64,000 nucleotides of DNA from Raja brachyura (Eukaryota): NCBI GenBank assembly GCA_963514005.1, contig OY740800.1, positions 31,000,001-31,064,000 on the forward strand, given 5' to 3'. A model generated the notes under the pieces. That model saw nothing but the letters and a program-made list of their open reading frames with translations. It was not told where the DNA came from and did not search any database. This document shows, piece after piece, positions 26,997-38,895 of this stretch. The translations under genes were made by a program, and so were the position numbers. Within the stretch, counting starts at the first letter, position 1. Each line of letters starts with the position of its first letter.

Positions 26997-27494
26997 CTGA
27001 TATAGGAATTCCACCAAGTCCTGTGTTGTGCGGTGGTATATTTAAGTCCAAGAAATTACTGTTCGAGGTGGGCGTTGCTGTGTGGTTCAAGTGCATCATG
27101 CTATTATGGGGGTATGCCATCCATGGGTACCGTGCCTGACCTGGAAAACTGAACGAATTGTAGACGGCTCTGTGCTGAAAAGCTGGGAACCTCCGCGGTA
27201 ATACAGAGTTGGGAAAAGAGTTGCCAATGGAATTGGCTGTATTGGCAGAACCTGGTGTCAAGAAGCCACCAATGCCTTTGTTTGCAGTCTGCGATGGGGT
27301 CTGTAGTGCGCTGGGGGAATTGAGGCCCACGTTGGAAGGTTGGTCCTGGACTGAGAGTTCCTTCTCTATCAGGTCTGCTAAGGCTTTCCTGGTGATGTCG
27401 AACGGGTCAAAACCCAGGTCATCCTCTTGCTGTTTGGAGGAGCCAAACCCAAAAGCTGCTTGCCAGTCCGTTGATGAAGATACGGGGATTGTTT
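26997..27494 (-). CDS. CNOT4: CNOT4 exon containing the CAF40/CNOT9-binding motif (ETIPVSSSTDWQAAFGFGSSKQQEDDLGFDPFDITRKALADLIEKEL...NTGLGGIPIS)
   Basis: 498 nt. Acceptor aattccag|AA, donor CAG|gtaggt. Phase 1 to 1. The EDDLGFDPFD.TRKALADLIEKEL motif is at about 27355-27426. Confidence 0.97.
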
Positions 27495-28337
27495 CTGGAA
27501 TTTATCAAAGAAAATAAGAAATCAGTAAACATTTTAACAAATATTTAAATAAAGTGCATTGCTTTCAAACACGCCATTGACGCTTAATCTGTTTTGAGTT
27601 GGAAGTTAATGAACAAAGGTGACCCAAATTAGAACTAAATCACAAAAGGGCCCAGTTTGAAAAGTACGCAATGCCAGCTCCTTCCTTAAATGGCACTACA
27701 CTGAGAGGGAGGTTCTGTATCTATACGGGGGAAACACAGTTAATGAAAGGATTGGGAAAACATCTATAAAGGATTTAGTTGGAAATATTATTATTGGCTA
27801 TTTTCTGTTTTCTTCCTTTTGTTCCTTCTGATGAACAGATTAATGGTGGCAGTGTTTTTTTTGTGGGTATGCAGGAGACAAGGAAGAGTGGGAAGAGGAG
27901 GCGAGAATGTGAGGTTCATGTACATGGTGAGCAGAGAGACTGGATAGTGATACGAGTAAATAGGACGGGTAAGGGGGGGTAACAGATTTCAACAGGAAAC
28001 TGTGCTGGAGTCCAACCACAATGGAGCCCGAGCATAGAATTCAATTTATGAAAGGTACACTTTCTTTTTTCGTAGTAGACATGTGGGTTAACAGAAATAA
28101 CCTTTCAAATTCTACAGACAACACAAAAGAAAATTAGATATATAATATTTAAATGGACACATGGCTTTAAATTCAGAAGCTACTCGACATTGAACAAATG
28201 GCTAACTCCAATCACACAAGGGACGCAGCTATGTGCCAAATTTCTCTCGGGAATCCAGAGCACAATCACCACATTTTTAAAAGCTTAAAAACACCTTTTT
28301 TGGAAGCTGCATGCAAAGGCTCAACACCAGAGTCATA

Positions 28338-31300
28338 CAGCGCCCTTCATAATGCTTGGGACAAAGACCCGCCATTTATTTATTTGCTTCTGTACTCCAC
28401 AATTTGTAATATTAAAAAATCACATGTGGTTAAAGTACACATTGTGAGATTTTAATAAAGGCCATTTTTATACATTTTGGTTTCACCATGTAGAAATTCC
28501 AGCAGTGTTTATCCATAGTTCCCCCCATTTCAGGGCCTTTTTGAGACACAGCAATGTCATGTAAATGAAAGTAGTCATGTTTAGTATTTTGTTGCATATC
28601 CTTTGCATGCTTTAAGTCTGAGATTCATGGACATCACCAGTTGCTAGGTGTCTTCTCTGGTGATGCTCTGCCAAGCCTGTATTGCAGCCATCTTTAGTTT
28701 ATGCTTGTTTTGGCAGTTTTCTCTTTTTACTGCATCTGCCATGCATTTGCCCACTCACCTAGCCTATCCAAGTCACCTTGCAGCCTCCTAGCATCCTCCT
28801 CACACCTAACATAACCCCCAGCTTAGTGTCATCCGCAAACTTGGAGATGTTGCATTCAATTCCCTCGTCCAAATCATGAATACATATTGTAAATAGCTGG
28901 GGTCCCAGCACTGAGCCTTGCGGTACCCCACTAGTCACTGCCTGCCATTCTGAAAAGGACCCGTTTACTCCTACCCTTTGCCTCCTGTCTGCTAGCCAGT
29001 TCTCTATCCACATCAATACTGAACCCCCAATACCGTGTGCTTTAAGTTTGCATACTAATCTCTTATGTGGGACCTTGTCGAAAGTCCAGATATAACACAT
29101 CCACTGGTTCTCCGTTATCCACTCTACTAGTTACATCCTTGAAAAATTCTATAAGATTCGTCAGACATGATTTACCTTTCGTAAATCCATGCTGACTTTG
29201 TCCAATAATTTCACCACTTTCCAAATGTGCTGCTACCCCATCTTTAATAACTGACTCTAGCAGTTTCCCCACTACCGACGTTAGACTAACTGGTATGTAA
29301 TTCCCCGTTTTCTCTCTCCGTCCTTTTTTAAAAAGTGGGGTTACATTAGCCACCCTCCAATCCTCAGGAACTACTCCAGAATCTAAGGAGTTTTGAAAAA
29401 TTATCACGAATGCATCCACTATTTCTGTGGCTACTTCCTTGAGTACTCTGGGGTGCAGACTATCTGACCCTGGGGATTTATCGGCTTTTAATCCGTTCAA
29501 TTTACCCAACATCACTTCCCGGCTAACCTGGATTTCACTCAGTTCCTCCATTTTATTTGACCCTCAGTCCCCTGCTATTTCCGGCAGATTATTTATGTCT
29601 TCCTTAGTGATGACAGAACCAAAGTAGTTATTCAATTGGTCTGCCATGCCCTTGTTCCCCATGATCAATTCACCTGTTTCTGACTGCAAGGGACCTACAT
29701 TTGTTTTAACTAATCTCTTTCTCTTCACATATCTATAAAAACGTTTGCCGTCAGTTTTTATGTTCCAGCCAGTTTTCTTTCATAATCTATTTTCCCTTTC
29801 CCAATTAAGCCATTTGTCCTCCTCTGCTGGACTCTGAATTTCTCCCAGTCCTCTGGTAGGCTGCCTTTTCTGGCTAATTTGTATGCTTTATCTTTTGTTT
29901 TTATACTATCCCTGATTTCCCTTGTTATCCATGGATGCACTACCTTCCCTGAATTATTCTTTTGCCAAACTGGGATGAACAATTTTTGTAGTTCATCCAT
30001 GCAGTCTTTAAATACGTTCCATTGCACATCCACTGTCAACCCTTTAAGAATCACTTGCCAGTCTATCTTGGCCAATTCATCTCATTCCTTCAAAGTTACC
30101 TTTGTTTAAGTTCAGAACCCTTGTTTCTGACTTAATTATGTCACTCTCCATACTAATGAAGAACTCGACCATATTATGGTCACTCTTGCCCAAGGGGCCA
30201 CGCACAACAAGACCGCTAACTAACCCTTCCTCATTACCCAATACCCAGTCTAGAATAGCCTGCTCTCTCGTTGGTTCCGCTACATGTTGTTTTAGAACCC
30301 TATCCCGCATACATTCCAAGAAATCTTCTTCCTCAGCACCCCTGCCCATTTGATTCACCCAATCTATATGTAGATTGGGTGAATCTACTGAAACATTATA
30401 ACTGTTTTACCCTTGTTGCACGCATTTGTAATTTCCTGTTTGATGCCATTCCCAACTCCACTACTACTGTTAGGTGGCCTGTACATAACTCCCACTAGCG
30501 TTTTCTGCCCCTTAGAGCTTCGCAGCTGTACCCATTGACTTGGCCACTCAAGAAATGACATTTTTTTAGCTTTGAAAAACTCCTTTGTTGCTTTAACAGT
30601 ATGTTTGGGATCATTGTCTTGCTGTAGAATGAACCACCGGCCAATTAGTTTTGAGGCATTTGTTTGAACTTGAGCAGATAGGATGTGTCTATACACTTCA
30701 GAATGCATTATGTTACTACCATCAGCAGTTGTATCATCAATGAAGATAAGTGAGCCAGTACCTTTAACAGCCATACATGCCTAGGCCATAACACCCCCAC
30801 CACTGTGTTTCACACATGAGGTGGTATGCTTTGGATCTTGGGCAGTTCCTTCTCTCCTCCATACATTGCTCTTGCCATCACTCGGATATGTTAATCTTTG
30901 TCTCATCTGTCCACAAGACCTTTTTCCAGAACTGAGGTTGATCTTTTAAGTACTTTTTGGCAAACTGTAACCTGACCATCCTATTTTTGCGGCTAACCAA
31001 CGGTTTGCATCTTGCAGTGTAGCCTCTGTATTTCTGTCCATGAAATCTTCTGCGGACAGTGGTGATCCACACCCGACTCCTGAAGAGTGTTTCTGATCTG
31101 TCGGACATGTGTTTGGGGAATTGTCTTTATTATAGAGAATTTTTCTGTTGTCAGCTGCGGAGGTCTTCCTTGGCAAGCCAGTCCCTTTGCTATTAGTAAG
31201 CTCACCAGTGTTCTCTTTCTTTTTAATGATGTTCCAAACAGTTGATTTTGGTAAGCCTAAGGTTTGGCTGATGTTTCTAACTGTTTTATTCTTGTTTCTC

Positions 31301-31738
31301 AATCTCATAATGGCTTATTTGACTTTCATTGGCACAACCTTGGTCCTCATGTTGATAAACAACAATAAAAGTGTCCAAAGGTGATAGAAAGACTGGAGGA
31401 AAGACTAGGTGCTGAGCGCTCTTTTACACCTACATTAAGGAGGCATTTAAACACACCTGAGTAATTACAGACGCCTGTGAAGTCATGTGTCCCGAACATT
31501 ATGGTGCCCTGAAATTGGGGGGGGGGGGGGGGGGGGAGGACGACGACGACTATGTATAAACACAGCTGTAATTTCTACATGGTGAAACCAAAATGTGCAA
31601 AAATACCCTTTAATGAAATCTGACAATGTGCACTTTAACCAAATATGATTTTTTTTTAAATTACAAATCCCAATTATGGAGTACAGAGGCAAATAAATAA
31701 ATGATGGGCCTTTGTCCCAAACATTATGGAGGGCACTG
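28338..31738 (-). mobile_element. Tc1-like transposon copy 1 (IR/DR type, defective), carrying an internal CR1 fragment
   Basis: TIRs CAG(C/T)GCCCT(T/C)CATAATG of roughly 200 bp or more, TA duplications at 28336-37 and 31739-40. Transposase remnants run from ATG 31350 (HTH, G.PRKT, VLWTDETKI, QQDNDPKH) with frameshifts. Confidence 0.95.
28729..30534 (-). mobile_element. Internal CR1 ORF2 fragment (APE endonuclease part through RT)
   Basis: ORFs 30077, 29758, 29063 and 28759 carry [45 protein letters not shown] and KFADDTKL. Confidence 0.95.
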
Positions 31739-32009
31739 TATGACAACAGAAAGCTGGCAGCTCTTGGCAAGACATGGGATTGGAGTTTCACATAAGCAAT
31801 TATCTCCACTGGTATCAGCTTTGTCAGAATGCTGTACATTTTAAGGCAAATATGATAACCTTTAATAGATGTGTCATTCATTCAATATAAACACATGACA
31901 ATGTTTTAATTAGATTATCTAAGGTGCAGCACCTCTTGACATGTTTTGTGAGTGGTCGGGGCACTCATAGGCATCAGGTGCAATGTAAAAGATACAATAT
32001 ATAAGTAAC

Positions 32010-32146
32010 AAAACACAGTGCTGGAGTGATGCAGCAGGTCAGGCAGTATCACTGAAGAACGGATAAGTGACGTTTCAGGTCAGGACCCATCTTCAGATCA
32101 TGTCCTCCAGAGATGCTGCCTGACTCACCAAGTTACTTCGGCACTT
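32010..32146. mobile_element. Fold-back Penelope-like pLTR repeat with minus-strand hammerhead-like core (32069-32096)
   Basis: gtgctggagtga...aggcag pairs with ctgcctgactc...gttacttcggcac. The minus strand reads CTGAAGA-TGGGTCCTGACCT-GAAACGTC. Confidence 0.68.
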
Positions 32147-33114
32147 CGTTTTTTTTTTCAAGATTCCTCTTGTTGCTGCAACCCGAAAGGATAGCTTAAC
32201 CTGGAGTAATGACTTTCATTAAAGGCCGTTTTTAATATTTTGGTGAATAGAAAGTCCTTCTGAGCCACTATAAAACTAAACATGGCCATTCCACAACCAA
32301 AAGTAATCATCAGTTATGCCTTCAGCTAAAAGCAGTCAATGATTTGAAATTGTCAGTTCAGCCTCAGATAATTAATGGGAGACTACTGATGAGGCAATAT
32401 ATTTAATTTTTGGATCCTTATTTGAGAGAAAGCTGGCAGTTATTTTGTTAGTTTATGCATTACATCTTATATATCATGGTTTAAATGCACTGAAGTTACT
32501 CAAATCGAAACCTAAATATTTCAACTGATTTATTTGATAGCAGCTGGTTTTCTTCAAAGCTATTTTGTTTGTAGAACTCTTAAGAAGAGATCACAAAAGA
32601 TACAACACCACAAATTTCCTCTCCCCAACTACTTTGGAAGGGGATTCACACTGTAACATTATTGATATCAATAGCAATCAGAGAATGGGGTACCTGGTAT
32701 GAGGCAAGGCAGTGCAGGAGCAGAAAAAGGCAGGGGTCAAGGCAGAGCAAGAGAGAGGTGAACAGTTAGAACGACAAAGCATTCTTCAAGCATCTTCCAT
32801 CAAACAGTTTGAGCCTTTTAACCGGAAATAAATTCTGCAATGATCAGCATTAATCTATCAGTAAAGTGGCATAGCGGTTGGTTGGTGCTGCTGCCTCCAG
32901 AAATCTGGATTCAATTCTGACCTCAGATGCTATCAATGTGAAAACCTCACATTTCCCTTGGATGTTCCTGGCTTTGTTCCACATCCCAAATGAGGTTTAA
33001 TTGGCAACTGTAAATTCCCCCAGCACAGGTGAGGGACAGGAGGAGCAAAGAAAGTTGTGGGACAGGTGGGAGAGAATAAATCAGGGAAGTAAATGGATGA
33101 ATGGGCCGGATGGC

Positions 33115-34870
33115 AACATAGAGCACTACAGCACTGGAACAGACATTTCAGCTTACAATGTCCGTGCCAAACAGGATGCCAAGAAAAACTAATCTCCTCT
33201 GCCTGCACAGGAACCATATCCCTCCATTCCCTGCATATCCATGTGCTATCCAAAAGCCTCATAAATACTACTAACATATCTGCTTCCACCATCACTAGAT
33301 TGTTGCCCTCCTGTCTAAAAGATATATGTCCTTTAAACTGCCCTCATTACGTTTAATCTATGCCTGCTGGTCTTTCTGACATTTCCATCCTGGGAATAAG
33401 GATCTGACCATCTACCCCATTTATTCAATTTATAATTTGATATACTTCTGTCAATCTCAACACAAGATCCAACATCCCAAAGAAAATAATCTGTTTAAAC
33501 CTCTCCTTTTAGCCAATGCCCCTTAATCCAGGCAGCATGCTGTAAACCTCTTCCCATCCTCTGTCTCCACATCCTTCTTGTAATAATGTGATCAGAATTG
33601 CACACCATATGCCCAAATCAGCCTAATCGATGTCCTATGAAGCTGCATCATCACTTCCTGCCTCTTATACTCTATGCCCAGATGAATGATGACAAGCATA
33701 CATTATGCCTTCCTTACCATTCCATCTACTTGTGCAGCCACTTTCAGGAAGCTATGGACCTGGACCTGAAGATCCCCCTGCATATCAATGCTTTTACAGG
33801 TCTTTCCATTAACTATATACTCACCCCTATACCCGTCCTCCCAAAGTTCAACATGACACACTTGACCAGCTTAAACACCATCTGCAATTCCACCACCCAC
33901 TTCTGTAGCTAATCTATATCCCACTGTCTATTTTGACAGCATTCCTAGTGGTCCCAAATTCCAGCAATCTTGGTGTAGTCTGCAAATTTACAAACTAACA
34001 AATCTATACTTGCGTCCAGGTCATTTAAGTATCAGAGGTCCCACCAAAGACCCACTCCAAGCGGAACTCCACTTGCCACTGACATCTACCCGGAATACCA
34101 CAACCCTGGGTTCTATGGACCACTAATCCCATGAATCTTAATCTTCTGGATCAGCCTACCATGAGTGATTTTATCAAATGTCCTACTAAAATCCATGTTG
34201 ACTAAATTCACTGCCCTATTCTCATGGATTACCTTTGTCACCTCAAAACAACTCGATAGAATTCCTAAAGCATGCCCTACCACGCATAAAACATGCTAAC
34301 TGACCCCAATTAGCCCATTCGCTCCCAAATGAGGATAAATCCCAATCCCAAAGAATCCTTTCCATTGGCACCGACGGGAGGCTCACTGGCCTCCATGGAT
34401 TTTCTCTACTTCCCATCTCCAGGAACAACATTGGCCAGTTTCTAGTTCTCCAGGACCTCTCAAAGCTAAGTTCTTCATCAAGACCCATGCAATGCATCTC
34501 TTGCATTTCTCAAAAACCTGGGATAGATCCCGTTAGGCCCTGGAGATTTAACAATCTTAATGCAAGAAGCCGAACACCACCTCCTCGATCTCAAACTGTC
34601 CTTGCATACCCTATTCTCCACACTGTCACTTTCCTCTATGTCCTTCTCCTTGGTGAATACAGATGGAAAGTACTCATTGAGTACATCGTCCACATCCTCT
34701 GACTCCCACCACAAATTCCCTCCTTTATCAAACCTAGCTTCTTCCTAGCGAACCTCGTCTTTAAGGTACGTATAAAAAGCTGCGAGATTTATTTCAAAGG
34801 TATTTTATAGCCCCTTTTGGCTCGAATTGCCTGCTTGAGTTCTTTCCTACTTGCCTTAAATTTCTCAAAG
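33115..34870 (-). mobile_element. Degraded CR1 LINE (RT to 3' end)
   Basis: ORF 34478 includes LNEYF.SVFTKE and KSPGPNGIYPR.L; CR1 3' UTR lies near 33120-33420. Confidence 0.85.
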
Positions 34871-35419
34871 GCCCAGTAGCACTACGAATAATGGCCTGCC
34901 TTGATGAAAATAGGATGATGAATTGAAAAGTGCCGCAGTCTATACAATTTCTATATAGAACCATGGAGATGAATGAATCAATTTCGTTTAATGTGGCCGG
35001 TTGAGTAATTTGTTTTTGATCATCCATAAGTAGTTGCTTGAGGATATTCATTGTCATCAGAACAAATGGTTGTCCATTTCAGTCTGATTCACCTCCGAAA
35101 ATAAATGGGGGAACATTGTTATCTTTATAAATACTTGCTGTACCTGCATACATATACTAACGCGCCCAAATCCCCATCCAGCTCTTAAGGCTAATCTCTC
35201 ATTTTGGTATTATACTTCCAGTTTTCCTGCAAAACAGCCAATTCCCCATTTTCACATATTGTACTCCATTTAGCAGTTATTTATTTAACCTAGTTGTGCC
35301 CTTCACAGTCTTGCTTCCTTCATACGCCCATAACCGGCGAATTACATAACTAGGGCTGTAGATGGGGCTTTAATTTAAGAAGATTTTTTTTGGGGGGGGG
35401 GGGGGGGGGGGGGAAGAGA

Positions 35420-38140
35420 AGGGTTCCTACACATTACAAAAGTATGGATAATGGGAAGGAGAGGATACTGAAGACTCCAGAATACAAAATGAGACAGGAA
35501 GTTAAGAAAGGGACAAGAGTCTAAAATTAAGCAACATGGGGATCAATTTGAGAAGAGGGGCAATGAAAACAAAATTAATATTTGAATGCACGCTGTATAC
35601 GAAACAAGGTGGATGAGACATAGCAAAATTCAAAATTGGCAGGTATGATATTGTGAGCATCAGAGTCGTGTCTGAAAGAGGATCAAATCTGGAGGCTGCA
35701 CATCAAACGAGATGCATCCTATCGAAAAGACAGGCAGGTGGGCTGAGAGTGTGGGGTGGTTCTGTTGGCAAAGAAGGATGTCCAATCCTTAGCAAGAATT
35801 GACAGGATTGGATGATGTGCAATGCTTTTGGGTAAAGTTAGATATTTGGCCTCCAAATATTGCCCAGGATGTAGCAGACAAATTACATCAGGAGATAGAA
35901 GATTTTAGATTTGGTGTTCTGCAGGGGTCAGTGCTGGGTCTGCTACTGTGCCCTCCATAATGTATGGGACATAGTTTATTTATTTGCCTCCGTACTCCCC
36001 AATTTGAGATTTGTAATAGGAAAAAAAATCACATGTGGTTAAAGTGTACATTATCAGATTTTAATAAAGGCCATTTCTATACATTTTGGTTGTACCATGT
36101 CGAAATTACAGCTGTGTTTATACATAGTTCCCCTCATTTCAGGGCAACATAATGTTTGGGACACATGACTTCACAGGCATTTGTAATTGCTCAGGTGTGT
36201 TTTATTGCCTCCTTAATACAGGAAAAAGAGAGCAGTCAGCACCTAGTCTTTCCTCCAGTCTTTGCATCACCTTTGGAAGCTTTTATTGCTGCTATCAACA
36301 TGAGGCCCAAAGTGTACCAAGGAAAGTCAAAGAAGCCATTATGAGATTGAGAACCAAGAATAAAACTGTTAGAGACATTAGCCAAACCTTAGGCTTACCA
36401 ATATCAACTGTTTGGAACATTAAGAAGAAAGAGAGCACTGGTGAGCTTACTAATCGCAAAGGGACTGGCAGGCCAAGGAAAGCCTCCACAGCTGACGACA
36501 GAAGAATTCTCTCTATAATTAAGACAAATCCCTGAACACGTGTTCGACATCAGAAACACTCTTCAGGTGTGGATTTGTCAATGACCACTGTCTGCAGAAG
36601 ATTTCATGAACAGAAATACAGAGGATACATGGCAAGATGCAAGCCACTGGTTAACCACAAAAGTAGGATGGCCAGCTTACAGCTTGCCAAAAAGTACTTA
36701 AAAGATCAACCACAGTTCTGGAAAGAGGTCTTGTGGACAGACGAGACGAAGATTAACTTATATCAGAGTGATGGCAAGAGTAATGTACGGAGAGAAGGAA
36801 CTGCCCAAGATCCAAAGCATACCGCTTCATCTGTGAAACACGGTGGTGGGTACCTTATGGCCTGGGCATGTATGGCTGCTGAAGGTACTGGCTCATTTAT
36901 CTTCATTGATGATATAAGTGCTGATGGTAGTAGCATAATGAATTCTGAAGTGTAGACATATCCTATCTGCTCAAATTCAAACAAATGCCTCAAAACTTAT
37001 CAGCCGGTGGTTCGTTCTACAGCAAGACAATGATCCCAAACATACTACTAAAGCAACAAAGGAGTTTTTCAAAGCTAATAAATGGTCAATTCTTGAGTGG
37101 CCAAGTTAATCATCCAAATGCTGATGAGAAAACTGAAGGGGACTAGCTCCCCAAACAAGTATAAGCTAAAGATGGTGCCCTGAGACACAGAGGCAAATAA
37201 ATAAATGATGGGTCTTTGTCCCAAACATCATGGAGGGCACTGTATGTTTTAATGTTGTATGTTAATGATACGGATGATGAAATTGATGGCTTTGTGGCCG
37301 GGTATGTGGACGATACGAAGATAGGTGGAAGGGTAGGTAGTGCTGAGGAAGCAAGGAGTCTGCAGAAGGACTTGGATAGGTTGGGATAGTGGGCAATTAA
37401 AAGGCAAATGAAATACAGCATAGCAAAGTGTATGGCCATGCACACTGGTAGAAGGAATACGGGTGTGGACTGTTTTCTAAATGGGGAGAGGATATAGAAA
37501 TTGGAGGGGCAAAGGCATTTGGGATGCTGATGCATGATTCCCAAAAGATTAATTTGCGGGTTGAGATAGAATGAAAGGCAAATCCAATGTTGGTATTCAT
37601 TATAGAGGACTAGAAAATAAAAGCAAGGGTGTATTGCTGAAGCTTTATAAGGAGTTAGCCAGACCACATTTGGACTATTACGAGCAGTTTTCGGCCCCAT
37701 ATGTGAGGAAGGATGCACTGGCGTAGCAGAGGACCAGAGACTTAGGAGAATTATCCCAGAGATGGTTAGGTTAAAGTACGAGAAGTGTTTGATGGCTCTG
37801 GGCCGAAGGATGGGGGGAATCTTGTGAAACCTACCAAATAATGAAAGGTCTAAATAAACTGGATTTGGACAATGTTTCCAGTAGCAGGAAAGTCTGGGAG
37901 CAGAGGCACAGCCTCAGAATAAAAGGACACACCTTTAGATTGGACTTGAGGATGAATTTTGTCAGTGTGGTGAATCTGTGCAAGGCCAAGTCCATGGGTA
38001 TTTTTAAAGTCAAGATTGATAGGTTCTTGATTCGTATGGGCGTCAAAGGTTATGGGAGAGCGGAGTTGAGAAGGAAATATAGATCAGCCATGATCAATGG
38101 GGAGCAGACTTGATGGGCCGAAAAGCATAATTCTGCTTCC
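35420..38140 (+). mobile_element. CR1 LINE pieces split by Tc1 copy 2
   Basis: GV.QGSVLG sequence (35911-35943) continues after 37244 into LYVND...DDTKIGG and on to the CR1 3' UTR. Confidence 0.85.
35946..37242 (+). mobile_element. Tc1-like transposon copy 2 (internally deleted)
   Basis: TA|CTGTGCCCTCCATAATG...CATCATGGAGGGCACTG|TA. ORFs 36152 and 36569 encode HTH, GRPRK, WTDETKINLY and VKHGGG. Inner DR is near 36141-36164. Confidence 0.95.
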
Positions 38141-38584
38141 CTGTCTGCGAACTCTCTACCAGTAATGGCTGTGCATAGTAATGTGATTACCATGAACTTG
38201 AAAAACAGATAGCAATGTTACAGATTCCTGCACAATAACACAAAGAATCTGCACTAATAAAACGTGGAGAAAATCAGACAGGAACTCAGTGGTTTTTTTT
38301 TTAACAAACTAGTGTGGGAAGTGGAGAGTTGTCAGGGAAGTTCTTTGCACACACAAACAAGCAGCGTGCATTTATATTGACTGGTCCAATCAGATGATTT
38401 TTGGTAAATGTGTGGGAGATAAGTGTATTCATGGTAATCTTCTTTCTCAGAACATCATGGAACAAACGAAGGAACGGGCTATCTTAAATCTACTATGCCA
38501 TGACAGAAAGTTAATGAATAACTTGGTAATTAAACGTCTGCATGACTGATCATAATATGATTGTCATACTGCAGTGAGTCATAC

Positions 38585-38895
38585 TGCTCAGAAACAAGCC
38601 CTTTGGCCCACCAAGTCCATGCCAATCATTAAACACTCATTAACACTAACCCCATCTTTTATTCTTTCTGCACTTTCATTAATTCTCCCAAGATTCTACC
38701 ACACACCGGCACACCAGGGGCAGCCTACAGGGCCAATTAACCCCCCAACCCACACGTCATTGGGATGTGCAAACATTCTGGAGAAAAGCTACACAGTCAC
38801 AGGGGCAATGTACAAATTCCACAGACAGCAGAGGTCAAGAGTGAACTTGGGTTTTGGAACTGCAAGGCAGCCGGACAACGGGCCGAGTCACTGGG
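38585..38895 (-). mobile_element. V-SINE, diverged
   Basis: gaaacaagccctttggccc...ccaattaacc...cacacgtcattgggatgtg. Confidence 0.65.

Noticed and set aside
27209-27517. Plus-strand 102-aa ORF (also 4755..4994 and 42336..42557)
   Set aside because: Antisense shadows of CNOT4 exons, with no independent gene signals.
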